Source of the DNA: Acidobacteriota bacterium
GTDB taxonomy: Bacteria > Acidobacteriota > UBA890 > WLXD01
Length of the DNA stretch: 64,000 bases
Assembly (NCBI GenBank): GCA_965205505.1
Contig: CBDBHB010000006.1
Span: 1 to 64,000, forward strand
Direction: 5' to 3'
Each line of letters opens with the position of its first letter. The first letter of the stretch is position 1. A program made the position numbers and the translations under genes. Shown here one piece after another: positions 30,043 through 39,358 of the stretch. The notes under the pieces are model-generated. The model was not told the origin of the DNA and did not search any database. It saw only the letters and a program-made list of their open reading frames with translations.

Positions 30043-30278
30043 GGTCTCTCGAACGGGATCAGAGGAGTCTTGTATAACGCGATGGTAGTCAGTGTGAACA
30101 GGTCAAGTCAGCCCTAAAAGATCGTCTTGTATGTTTTAAATTGACAACATGGTCAAATCCGGCCTAAACAGTGCTATAGCGACGGATAAAAGCGTTTTCG
30201 CTTCGACAGTAACTCGCGCCTCGCTAGAATCGAGCTTGTCAATTCTGGGTTCCGCCTTCCCGTTGCTCTGGAGCAGGG

Positions 30279-31781
30279 ATGCTCGATCGTTGGCCTGGTG
30301 CGCTCAAGGGCGTCAGGCGCGGTATTAGCCGGAAGCTGCACATGCGGCTCGCGGTGGCGTTGCCATTCGTAACGGCGTTGCTGGCGCTCGGGGTCGGGCT
30401 CTATGCGTTCGAAGTCGGGCGCACCGATGCCACGCGCCTGATGTCGCCGCGCCATGCCGCTCTTGTCTGGGCGACGCTGCCGGCGTCATGGCTTTGGCTC
30501 CTGGGCCTGACTGCGTTCGGTGCCTGTATCGGCCTGTCGATCGCGCTGGCGTTTACTAGTCAGCTGCGCACGCTTACCAAACGGACCGAGTTCCTGGCGC
30601 GCCGGAACTTCAGCTTCCCGGTGGAGTTGGAGGCCGACGGCGAGGTCGCGCCCTTGGTGAGCGCCATCAACGATCTGCTGGAATCGGTACGCGGATACGC
30701 TCGTAGCTCGGTTGTCGAGGGCCTGATCTCGTTCGCGCGCGACGGACGCGTGCTGTCGATCAATTCACGCGCCGCCGTGGCGCTGGGTGTAGACGCCGAT
30801 CTGACGATCGGCTGCGAATTCTCCGAGCTGATCGCGGACGTGCCCGACAATGTCGAGCTGACCCGGGCGCTCGTGGGAGCTCTGGAGCGCAGCGAGCCGT
30901 TCGACTTGCGCGGCTTGGCCTGGGTCAACCGGCGCGGACAGCGGCTGATGGTCGATCTCCAGGGAACAGTGCTTGCTGGCGAGGAGTCGATCATCTCGGT
31001 ACTGATCGTGTTCGAGCGTGCGGCCGACACCGAGAAGGTACAGCGTCAGGTTAGCCGTGCGCATCGCCTGATGGTCATCGGCGGATTTGCCGCCGAGTTG
31101 GCGCACGAGATCCGCAACCCGTTGAGCTCGGTTCTCGGCCTCGTCCAGTTGCTGCACGAGCGCCTACCTCCAGGCGATGAGGGGCATCGTCACCTGGATG
31201 TTCTGTCGCGAGCGTCTCAGCGCATCGAGCGACTAGTGGGGCAGCTCCTCGATCTGGTGCCCACCGAGATCCACGATCTCCAGCAACGCGATATCAGCTT
31301 GTTGGTCCACGACACCGTCGAGTTCGTGAAAATGAGCCGGACCGAAGACGATGACGTTGTTCTCTCCGAGAGCTTCGCGCCCGAGCTCCCCCCTTGCATG
31401 GTTGATCCGGAGCGACTCGGCCGCGCCATCGAGAACCTGGTACGCAACGCCTACGCTCACACTCCGGCCGGCGGGCGCATCGAGGTGGCCACCCGAGTTC
31501 GCGATACGCAGCTGGAGGTGAGGGTTGCGAACACGGGGTCGTTTGTCGCGCCTGAAGACCGCGAGCGCATCTTCCAACCGTTTGTTTCGGGACGCGGCGG
31601 TACTGGCCTGGGTTTGGCCATCGCGCAGCAGATCGTCTACGCCCATGGTGGATCGATCGATGTCGATAGCACGCCTGGGAGCGGCACCGAATTCATCCTG
31701 CGACTGCCTCTTGGCGCGGCCAGCTTTGTGGACCCGACCCAGGTCCCTGCCGACGAGCAGCTAGCGGCGGGAGCGGCGTAG
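30279..31781 (+). CDS. Membrane sensor histidine kinase (2 TM, HAMP, PAS, HisKA, HATPase), PilS/AtoS-like
   Basis: LAHEIRNPL, NLVRNA, IFQPFVS, GTGLGLAI. Confidence 0.93.
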   Translation: MLDRWPGALKGVRRGISRKLHMRLAVALPFVTALLALGVGLYAFEVGRTDATRLMSPRHAALVWATLPASWLWLLGLTAFGACIGLSIALAFTSQLRTLTKRTEFLARRNFSFPVELEADGEVAPLVSAINDLLESVRGYARSSVVEGLISFARDGRVLSINSRAAVALGVDADLTIGCEFSELIADVPDNVELTRALVGALERSEPFDLRGLAWVNRRGQRLMVDLQGTVLAGEESIISVLIVFERAADTEKVQRQVSRAHRLMVIGGFAAELAHEIRNPLSSVLGLVQLLHERLPPGDEGHRHLDVLSRASQRIERLVGQLLDLVPTEIHDLQQRDISLLVHDTVEFVKMSRTEDDDVVLSESFAPELPPCMVDPERLGRAIENLVRNAYAHTPAGGRIEVATRVRDTQLEVRVANTGSFVAPEDRERIFQPFVSGRGGTGLGLAIAQQIVYAHGGSIDVDSTPGSGTEFILRLPLGAASFVDPTQVPADEQLAAGAA

Positions 31782-33176
31782 ATGGTGGAAACGAAGCGAC
31801 TGCTGATCATCGATGATGATCCCGAGGTGCGGTACACGCTCCGTGCAGCGTTGGCTGGCGAAGGCCTCACGATCGATGAGGCCGAGACCGCGGCCGAGGG
31901 GCTCGAGCTGCTGGCTGAGCCCGACTCCGGATACGAGTTCGTACTGCTCGATCAGCGGCTCCCTGACGCCAGCGGGCTGGACATACTCGAGGAGGTGCGG
32001 CGACTTCAGCCAGCCGTTCTGGTAGTGATGATGACCGCCTATGGCAGCCGGCGTACCGCTGCGCTTGCGATTGATCGCGGAGCCTACGACTTCTTCACCA
32101 AGCCGATCCAGATCGACGAGCTGCGCGTCGTCATGGGGCGCGCTCTGGAGCGACGTCGCTTGGCGCGTGAGGGCACCAAACTGCGCGCCCGGGCGGGAGG
32201 TGCCAGCAGTTTCGGCAACATGATCGGCAAGTCGCGGGCTATGCGACAAGTCTTCGAGACCCTAGGAAAAGTCGTGCGGTCGGACACCACCGTCCTCGTG
32301 CTCGGCGAGAGTGGAACTGGCAAGGAACTCGTGGCGGAGGCCATTCACTTCAAGAGCAAGCGGGCCGACGGCCCGTTCGTGAAGCTGAACTGCGTGGCGA
32401 TCCCCCAGACGCTTCTGGAAAGTGAGCTGTTCGGTCACGAACGAGGCTCGTTCACCGGCGCACACCAGCGCAAGATCGGAAAATTCGAGCTCGCAGACCG
32501 CGGCACGATCCTGCTCGACGAGATCGGCGACATGACCCTCGAGACGCAGGCCAAGATCTTGCGCGTGTTGCAGGAGCGTGAGTTCGAGCGAGTTGGTGGA
32601 GTGGCGACCGTGCGGGTTGATGTCCGGGTGGTGGCAGCCACTAACCGCAATCTCGCGCTCGAAGTACGAGAGGGGCGCTTCCGGGAAGACCTCTACTTCC
32701 GTCTCAACGTCGTCACCGTGAATTTGCCGCCTCTGCGCGAGCGCATACAAGACATTCCGCTGCTGACCGAACACTTCATCAACGAGTCCAACGAGGCGCA
32801 CGGCAAGCACCTGGAGCGCATCTCACCGGCGGCGCTCGATGCCGTGGTCGGCTACGCCTGGCCGGGGAACGTGCGACAGCTTCGCCACGCGGTCGAGCGT
32901 GCCGTGATCTGGAGCGAAGGCGACGAGTTGCGGCGACAAGACCTACCGGCAGAGGTCGTGCGTGGATCGCTTGTTGCTGAGCGTGCCGCCCGCACCGGAA
33001 CCGACGATAGTCTGCCGATCACCATGTACCGCATCGAGCGTCAGATTCTGATCGACGCACTACGAAGCTCAAGCGGCGTCCAGGCGACGGCGGCTCGACG
33101 GCTGGGCATCTCCGAGCGCTCGATGTGGCACAAGGTCAAGAAGCACGGCATCGACGTCGAGCGGCTGAAAGGCTGA
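31782..33176 (+). CDS. Sigma54-dependent response regulator (REC-AAA+-Fis HTH), PilR/AtoC-like
   Basis: LLDQRLP, GESGTGKE, ESELFGHERGSFTGA, LLDEIGDM, WPGNVRQL, AARRLGIS. Confidence 0.96.
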   Translation: MVETKRLLIIDDDPEVRYTLRAALAGEGLTIDEAETAAEGLELLAEPDSGYEFVLLDQRLPDASGLDILEEVRRLQPAVLVVMMTAYGSRRTAALAIDRGAYDFFTKPIQIDELRVVMGRALERRRLAREGTKLRARAGGASSFGNMIGKSRAMRQVFETLGKVVRSDTTVLVLGESGTGKELVAEAIHFKSKRADGPFVKLNCVAIPQTLLESELFGHERGSFTGAHQRKIGKFELADRGTILLDEIGDMTLETQAKILRVLQEREFERVGGVATVRVDVRVVAATNRNLALEVREGRFREDLYFRLNVVTVNLPPLRERIQDIPLLTEHFINESNEAHGKHLERISPAALDAVVGYAWPGNVRQLRHAVERAVIWSEGDELRRQDLPAEVVRGSLVAERAARTGTDDSLPITMYRIERQILIDALRSSSGVQATAARRLGISERSMWHKVKKHGIDVERLKG

Positions 33177-33332
33177 GTCGGCGGCCCTGCCGCGCGCCCG
33201 CTTTCGGGGCGACTCTCACCCACTTACACAAGCGGTCGAAGCGCCCCCTGGCCGTTGTGGGCCATGCTTGTCCGCGAGAGTACCCGCCTGTCTGGTGGCG
33301 TCCCCACCTGGCATCGACGATCCCCCCGTAGC

Positions 33333-33370
33333 GTGTAGGAGTTTCTACACGTTTTGTAGGTAAGACGATA
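33333..33370. promoter_or_regulatory. Candidate enhancer (UAS) for the sigma54 activator
   Basis: Palindrome GTGTAG-N6-CTACAC (33333-33350); second TGTAGG half-site 21 bp later. Confidence 0.55.
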
Positions 33371-33380
33371 ACGCTTGTGA

Positions 33381-33393
33381 TATCAGTGAGTTA
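33381..33393 (+). promoter_or_regulatory. Candidate IHF site
   Basis: TATCAG-TGAG-TTA fits WATCAR-N4-TTR, between UAS and -24/-12. Confidence 0.5.
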
Positions 33394-33588
33394 CGGTGCA
33401 AAGATCAGTTTCGATCGGCGTAATGCACGGGCGGACGGGGGAGACGCTACCAGCACCTGGGTGGCCCAAGCTGGCCGGACAGAGGCTTGTAGTCGGTCGG
33501 GAAGTATTCGATAACCCCTTTTGTTGTAGTGACTTATGGTGGCGAAGCGTACTGCGTCCAGTCGCCTCGCGGGGCACGCGCCCGAGTT

Positions 33589-33604
33589 TGGCACGGCGGT
33601 TGCT
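33589..33604 (+). promoter_or_regulatory. Sigma54 (-24/-12) promoter
   Basis: TGGCAC-GGCGG-TTGCT, consensus TGGCAC-N5-TTGC, ~65 bp upstream of HTH paralogue 1. Confidence 0.88.
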
Positions 33605-33670
33605 TACTCCTCGGGTGTCGAGCTCGGCTCGGCGCCTACCCGAACCCCGCCAACATGGGAGTACGCAATC

Positions 33671-33889
33671 GTGCAGAAGCTGTACACCACCGAGACGCTC
33701 GCAGAGCTGCTCCAGGTCTCGCCGCGGACGATCCGTCGCGAGCGCAAGGAGGGCCGACTGCCGTTTGTCCGCGTTCGCGGCCAGATCCGCTATCGCGAAA
33801 GCGATGTGCGCTCATATCTCGAGCGCAACGCCAGTATGTCGCTGGACACGGATACGTTTGCTTCGCAGGCCAACTGGGGCGAGCGCTAG
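33671..33889 (+). CDS. Excisionase-like HTH protein, paralogue 1
   Basis: GTG after GGGAG; YTTETLAELLQVSPRTIRRERKEGRLPFVRVRGQIRYRESDV. Confidence 0.88.
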   Translation: MQKLYTTETLAELLQVSPRTIRRERKEGRLPFVRVRGQIRYRESDVRSYLERNASMSLDTDTFASQANWGER

Positions 33890-33963
33890 GTCCTAACAGG
33901 ATCTGTACTCGCACCGCAGTTGACCGAAACCCCGCAAGGGCGGGGAAAACACGGAGGCAATTA

Positions 33964-34182
33964 ATGCTGGGTCTTCACACGACAGAGTCTCTGGCCGAGT
34001 ACTTGCAGGTTTCGCCCCATACCGTGCGACGAGAGCGTGAGGCCGGCCGGCTACCGTACATTCGCATCCGCGATCTCGTCCGGTACCGCCCGGAGGACGT
34101 GGAGTCGTACTTGCAGAGTCAGTCGCAGGATCGCTACGACGCGACGCCGCCGTTCGGAGAGCGTGTCGCGGCGATTCGCTGA
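33964..34182 (+). CDS. Excisionase-like HTH protein, paralogue 2
   Basis: ATG after GGAGG; HTTESLAEYLQVSPHTVRREREAGRLPYIRIRDLVRYRPEDV. Confidence 0.88.
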   Translation: MLGLHTTESLAEYLQVSPHTVRREREAGRLPYIRIRDLVRYRPEDVESYLQSQSQDRYDATPPFGERVAAIR

Positions 34183-34250
34183 AGATGGCCTGCGTTCTGA
34201 GTCGAGGTGTGGGCGCCGGAAAGCCCCTGCCCTCGCCAAGGGAGAATTCC

Positions 34251-34865
34251 TTGAGCCGTAACGATGGCATGACAATGATCGAGATCACGGTGATTCTCGC
34301 CGTGCTCGGCCTACTGGTGGGGCTGGTTGCTACCGCAGCCGGAGACCTGCTGGAACAATCGCATGCCGTTCGAACCGGAGAGGAAGTTGACCGTATCGGG
34401 CGCGCGATCGTGGAGTTCTATGCCGACACCGGCTACTTCCCGCGCACCAACGATACGTTTGACGGACGGCCCGGCGATCAAGAGATCGGCGCGCTCATCA
34501 GCGCCGCTCAGCTGCCGCGAAGCACCGCCTCGACAGGACTCTGGGTCGAGTCAGACCTTGGACTTCTGGCGGAGCATCTTACCTACAACGGCAAGGGCTA
34601 CCGCGTTCGCAACCCGATTGACAACCGCGGCTGGGCCGGACCCTACCTGCCTCAGGCAGTGGGCGAGGACGGCTGGGCGCACGCCTACATCGTCAACGTT
34701 TTCTGGCTGGATGTCAGAAACGTCGTCGAGGAGGCCGATGGCACACGCCTCGGCGCCGTATGGGTGTTGTCGGCTGGGCCGAACGGGATCATCGAAACCC
34801 CCTATTACCAGCCGCGTGACAATGCTCGGCTCTACGGGGACGACATCGGTTTCCGACTGCAATGA
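34251..34865 (+). CDS. GspG-like prepilin 1
   Basis: TTG after AGGGAG; G|MTMIE class III signal; WAGPYL, DGWAHAY, LSAGPNG, GDD. Confidence 0.88.
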   Translation: MSRNDGMTMIEITVILAVLGLLVGLVATAAGDLLEQSHAVRTGEEVDRIGRAIVEFYADTGYFPRTNDTFDGRPGDQEIGALISAAQLPRSTASTGLWVESDLGLLAEHLTYNGKGYRVRNPIDNRGWAGPYLPQAVGEDGWAHAYIVNVFWLDVRNVVEEADGTRLGAVWVLSAGPNGIIETPYYQPRDNARLYGDDIGFRLQ

Positions 34866-35719
34866 GAAGCATGGACAAGATCCGAAATAGCCGCGGCTTC
34901 ACGCTTGTGGAGGTATCGATCATCCTCATGGTCGTCGTTGTTCTGTCGGCCGCCATCGCACCGGTGCTCAGCAGCGTCGTCGCCAACGCGAGGCTGACCA
35001 CGGCGCGAGCCGAGATGATCGTCATCGGCCGGGCGCTGCAGCAGTTCATCGAAGATATTGGCTGCGTCTTTGTGCCGCAGAACGAAGCCTATCAGTCCAC
35101 CTCGAGTTCGGTGGGCGCGAAGCGCACCAGCGGGCGTAGCCGAAGCGCGGCCAGCAATGTCGTCATTGCGCCGGCTTCGACGACGCCGGCTCTACCGCCC
35201 GGCGGCGGCAGGTTGGAGGGCGGTTTCGTCGACACGAAAGCGCTGGGCACAGGATGCGGCAACCCTGACCTGTGCTACGGCGACGCCGTCGAGATTCTAG
35301 TTACCGCCGGCGACATCCCGGCCTTGGGCCCCGAAGGCGGAGAGCGCTGGGCAGAGCCGGTCGACGGTACGTGGGTGGACTTCTTCGAGTACTACCTGAT
35401 CTCCAACACACCCGGAAACGATCCCGGCCGCGCATTCGCGAGCCTGGCCGAGTGTGGCGATCCGGTAGCCAACACGCTCTCGCAGTTGCATGCCTGGGGC
35501 GGCGCCTACCTGAACATCGGTCACGGCGACCCGTGGGGCAACCGCTACGCCGCCAACGTTTATTTCCTGAGCCAGACGGACGGCATTGATGTGGTGGTGT
35601 TGTCGGCGGGACCGGATCAGGAAATCGATTCGAGATTCGAAATGGACGGGTTCGTACCCGGGGACGACGACATCGCGGTGTTGTTCTCGACTGGGCCCGA
35701 CAGCGTGCCGGGACGATGA
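34862..35719 (+). CDS. GspG-like prepilin 2
   Basis: RG|FTLVE; WGGAYL, DPWGNRY, LSAGPD, GDDD. Confidence 0.9.
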   Translation: MRSMDKIRNSRGFTLVEVSIILMVVVVLSAAIAPVLSSVVANARLTTARAEMIVIGRALQQFIEDIGCVFVPQNEAYQSTSSSVGAKRTSGRSRSAASNVVIAPASTTPALPPGGGRLEGGFVDTKALGTGCGNPDLCYGDAVEILVTAGDIPALGPEGGERWAEPVDGTWVDFFEYYLISNTPGNDPGRAFASLAECGDPVANTLSQLHAWGGAYLNIGHGDPWGNRYAANVYFLSQTDGIDVVVLSAGPDQEIDSRFEMDGFVPGDDDIAVLFSTGPDSVPGR

Positions 35720-35763
35720 CGATGCGTCGAGCCGGCCACGCCCGCAACCGCAGGGAGAAAGCG

Positions 35764-36618
35764 ATGACGAAACTGGGCCAGGGACGGCACCAGAATCACG
35801 TCGGTGAGCGCGGATTCACTCTGGTCGAGGTGTCGATCATCGTGATGGCCCTCGCGATCTTGTCGGCCATTCTGCTGCCGCAGGTTGGTGTTTTCTTGCG
35901 CGACGCGCGCTTCGCCCGCGTCCGCGAGGACGTTGCCGTGATCGGCGCTGCCATGATGCACATGCTGAAAGACACCGGCGAGAGCTCGTTCCACTCCAAA
36001 CCCATGGGTGGCTCCAGCTGGCGCTCGCCCGAGCGCTACTCCGAGGGCGGTGACGCTCCGCCGATTGGCCTGCTCATCGGCGATGGCGACACGCCGGATG
36101 GTCGTAGCGAGTTCTACGAGTGGCGGGAGCCGCTGGGCTCGACGGTGGGCGACGCCGGCACCGACCTTCCCAACGTGTGGTTGAGCGGCGGAATTGTCGA
36201 CACCTTTGCCAATCACCTGATCCAGAACTACCCGGGCGACCTTGCCGACGGCGGTACTGGCCCCGACTGGAAGCGGTATCGGACCCCCGCCGACATGGTC
36301 TCGGGCGATCACAGCTCGGGTGTACCTGGCGGATTGCACTTTGACGGCAGCAGTGGCCAGGGCTTCAACTCGGAGTTCGCCTGGCGCGGCCCCTATCTCG
36401 ACGCCGCGCGTCCGGATCCGTGGGGCAATCGCTACATGGCCAACGTCGCTTGGCTGACGGTGCCTCAGGGTGGCGACTCGGTCGGCTTTATCCGGCCAGT
36501 GTTCGTGATCTCGGCGGGTCCAGACGAAGAGCTCGATACGCCGTTCGGTTCCGTCGGCGGCTTCGTGCTCGGCGACGACGACATCGCCTTCCCGGTTTCC
36601 TACGGTTCCTTGCGCTGA
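35764..36618 (+). CDS. GspG-like prepilin 3
   Basis: RG|FTLVE; FAWRGPYL, DPWGNRY, ISAGPD, GDDD. Confidence 0.9.
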   Translation: MTKLGQGRHQNHVGERGFTLVEVSIIVMALAILSAILLPQVGVFLRDARFARVREDVAVIGAAMMHMLKDTGESSFHSKPMGGSSWRSPERYSEGGDAPPIGLLIGDGDTPDGRSEFYEWREPLGSTVGDAGTDLPNVWLSGGIVDTFANHLIQNYPGDLADGGTGPDWKRYRTPADMVSGDHSSGVPGGLHFDGSSGQGFNSEFAWRGPYLDAARPDPWGNRYMANVAWLTVPQGGDSVGFIRPVFVISAGPDEELDTPFGSVGGFVLGDDDIAFPVSYGSLR

Positions 36619-36628
36619 AGAGACTTCG

Positions 36629-37432
36629 ATGACCCGCACTCACCTCACGACGACGCGCACCGCACGGATGGGATTACTCCCGGCGAGCGCCAGCGGCTTC
36701 ACCTTGGTGGAGGTCACGATCATCCTCATAGTGCTGACCGTGCTGAGCCTCATCCTCCTTCCTGGGATCGGGAACTACCTGCGGGACGCGCGCCTGGCGC
36801 GTGCTCGGCAAGATATCGGCACGATCCAGGAGGCTATTCTGGTGTTCATGCGTGATACCGGAGAGGGTGTCTTCCGCCGTCTCGGCAAGGCCAACAGGGA
36901 TACGTCCTCCGGAGAGGACTACGAGCCCTCGAACCCCGACCCGTTCTTCACGGTGGGAATGCTGGTCAACGACGGTGACACTCCTGACGAGGGCAACGGC
37001 GACGACCTCTGGCTCTGGCGACGCCCGTACGATGGGCACGTGGTCGACACTCTTGCCAACCATCTCGTGCAGAACACGCCGGGCAACGAGCCGTCGGCGA
37101 GCTACCGGACTCCCGAGCACATGATCGCCGATGTGCCCTCCCGGAACGCTCCGTTTGCCAACCAGCAAGGGTTTGGCGCGCACTTTGCTTGGCGCGGCCC
37201 CTACGTGTCGGCGCCGGTGCGATCCGATCCCTGGGGAAATCGTTATGCGGTGAACGTTCTGTACCTGGATCCAATCGCCGACAGCGCCACCGAGGACAAC
37301 GCCGGCTACCGCTTCGATATCTTCGTGATGTCTGCGGGCCCGGACGAGCAGGTCGATACGCCGTTCGAGATCGACGGCGTGGTAGCTGGCGACGACGACT
37401 TAATCCGCGTGGTGTCCGGGGGCAGCCGATGA
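36629..37432 (+). CDS. GspG-like prepilin 4
   Basis: SG|FTLVE; FAWRGPYV, DPWGNRY, MSAGPD, GDDD. Confidence 0.9.
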   Translation: MTRTHLTTTRTARMGLLPASASGFTLVEVTIILIVLTVLSLILLPGIGNYLRDARLARARQDIGTIQEAILVFMRDTGEGVFRRLGKANRDTSSGEDYEPSNPDPFFTVGMLVNDGDTPDEGNGDDLWLWRRPYDGHVVDTLANHLVQNTPGNEPSASYRTPEHMIADVPSRNAPFANQQGFGAHFAWRGPYVSAPVRSDPWGNRYAVNVLYLDPIADSATEDNAGYRFDIFVMSAGPDEQVDTPFEIDGVVAGDDDLIRVVSGGSR

Positions 37433-38109
37433 ACCCAGTGCTGGAAGCCGATGGCGGCCACGCGCGGGCTCGCGGTGCGCGCGGTTTCACGCTGCTGGAG
37501 ATCACCATCATCCTGGCGGTGATCGCCATTCTCGGTCTGATCCTTGCTCCGTCGGTCTTCAATTTCTTGAACCAATCGCGGCTCGCACGAGCGCAAAATG
37601 ACGTGCGAATCCTGGCCGACTCGGTCTTCGAGTTCTTTCGGGACAGCGGATTTCACGCCCAGTTCGGCGACGGCCAGCGGCAGAGCCACATCGCCCTGCT
37701 GGTCTCGCCCGGCGCCGTTGGCGAGGCGCGTCCCGGTGCAGAACCGTGGCTGAATACAGACCCCACCATGGTCGATTTCATCTCCAACCAGTTGGTCAAT
37801 AATCGGCCCTCGTCAGGGGACATCGGCTATCCGTTGAAGACGGCACTCAGCGGCTCGGGTTGGAACGGCCCCTACCTCAACGCGCACATGCAGAGCGATC
37901 CATGGGGCAACCGCTACGCCATCAACGTGGAGTACCTGTCGGTGAACCCCGGTGCCTTCGAGGCCGGCGGCGTGCAGCAGAAGCGGGCCGTATGGGCTCT
38001 GTCGGCAGGCCCTGATGGTGTCTTCGACACCCTGTACCCGTCGGCCGACGCGCAGCTGCTCGGCAACGCCGCTGCCAGCCCCCTCGACATCAGCGCCCGG
38101 ATCCAATGA
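37429..38109 (+). CDS. GspG-like prepilin 5
   Basis: ATG overlapping previous stop; RG|FTLLE; WNGPYL, DPWGNRY, LSAGPD. Confidence 0.9.
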   Translation: MNPVLEADGGHARARGARGFTLLEITIILAVIAILGLILAPSVFNFLNQSRLARAQNDVRILADSVFEFFRDSGFHAQFGDGQRQSHIALLVSPGAVGEARPGAEPWLNTDPTMVDFISNQLVNNRPSSGDIGYPLKTALSGSGWNGPYLNAHMQSDPWGNRYAINVEYLSVNPGAFEAGGVQQKRAVWALSAGPDGVFDTLYPSADAQLLGNAAASPLDISARIQ

Positions 38110-38320
38110 GGCGAGCTTCGCTCACCATACTGCAACCTAGCCAGCGCGATCGACGCCTCCAGGACCACCGCTATCGATCTTCTGATCGGAACGCGCGTTT
38201 TCGCCGGACATGGCGGGCCACCGCGCAGCGGCGCCGTTTGCGTACATTGTTAACGAACGGTAGGGTCGAGTCCAACGTACAGAGATCGAGCGAATGAGCC
38301 CAACAATAGGGTCGACGCAG

Positions 38321-38551
38321 ATGGCGGATACAACCCTCTTCACCACCTTCTCACTGGCCGAGTACTTGCAGGTCAGCGCGAGGACGGTGCAGCGCGAGGT
38401 GGCTCGCGGCCGTCTCCCGTTCGTCATGGTCGGAGGACGCCGGCGCTATCGAAAGGCCGACGTCGAGTCCTACTTGCGCTCCCGCCTGCAGCGCTCGCGC
38501 TTCCGTGTGATTCAAGGCGGCCGAAGCCGGCACGCCTCCTCCTCGCTCTGA
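38321..38551 (+). CDS. Excisionase-like HTH protein, paralogue 3
   Basis: FTTFSLAEYLQVSARTVQREVARGRLPFVMVGGRRRYRKADV; start could be 38294. Confidence 0.86.
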   Translation: MADTTLFTTFSLAEYLQVSARTVQREVARGRLPFVMVGGRRRYRKADVESYLRSRLQRSRFRVIQGGRSRHASSSL

Positions 38552-38770
38552 GGCGCGCGGCGGTCGGCGGCTCGCAGCCGGCCACCGCTACGAACGTTCG
38601 GCGGTGTCTGATGCTTTCCCGCGCGTCCCTTTGCTACCCGTCTTTGCGGTTCCGTCAGAGGTCGGTGGACCTCTGTGGCCAAGGCCGGACTCTATCTGTT
38701 GCGCGTACGCAGCGCTCGCTTCATGCTCTCCACCAAACAAGGCAAGTCCCTGAACCCCCGGTTGTGAGCA

Positions 38771-39031
38771 ATGAAGCGGCAGCGCCTCGAGACCGTCGAA
38801 ACTTTGGCAGAACGCTTCGGCCTGCCCCGCCGAACCATCGAGCGTGAGGTCAAACGTTGTCGGCTTCCCTACGTCAGCGTTGCGGGCAACTGGCGCTTTC
38901 GCGAACGCGACATCGAGCTCTGGCTGCAACGTGCGGGCGGATTGCCTAGGCTGCAGCTGATGCGGGGAGGGCTTCCGGACCGTCTTCCCGTCGTACCGTG
39001 GACAACGGAAGCCGAGAGCGGCAGTAGCTGA
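38771..39031 (+). CDS. Excisionase-like HTH protein, paralogue 4
   Basis: ETVETLAERFGLPRRTIEREVKRCRLPYVSVAGNWRFRERDI. Confidence 0.85.
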   Translation: MKRQRLETVETLAERFGLPRRTIEREVKRCRLPYVSVAGNWRFRERDIELWLQRAGGLPRLQLMRGGLPDRLPVVPWTTEAESGSS

Positions 39032-39142
39032 ATCGACCGGACAGGAGCGGCCAACACCGGCCACGCGTCGTTGAGCTCCTGCGGTGGCCCGCATACGCTC
39101 CACCCAATTGTTAACCAAGCCTGGACCAGTTGGGGATCTCAC

Positions 39143-39358
39143 GTGGAAAGCAGCATTCGCGTCGAGACGGTTGCGACCCTGGCCTTGCGCCTCGAGATGA
39201 CTCGCGACGCCGTGGTGCGCGAGGTCGTCGAGGGCCGACTGCCGTACGTTAGCGTTGGTGGCCACTGGCGGTTCCGCGAAATGGACATCGCGCACTGGCA
39301 GAAGAACTATGGTGGCGACGCCGGTCTCAAGCTCGTAGGCGAACGCGATTCCGGTTGA
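39143..39358 (+). CDS. Excisionase-like HTH protein, paralogue 5
   Basis: GTG after GGGGA; ETVATLALRLEMTRDAVVREVVEGRLPYVSVGGHWRFREMDI. Confidence 0.82.
   Translation: MESSIRVETVATLALRLEMTRDAVVREVVEGRLPYVSVGGHWRFREMDIAHWQKNYGGDAGLKLVGERDSG

Noticed and set aside
33929-33946. Riboswitch between HTH1 and HTH2 (CCCCGC-AAGG-GCGGGG hairpin)
   Set aside because: Only a 6-bp hairpin; lacks the c-di-GMP-I/II consensus elements and a U-tract.
28620-39358. Prophage or ICE suggested by excisionase-like genes
   Set aside because: No integrase, att-like repeats, phage structural or conjugation genes in the window; neighbours are pilus genes.
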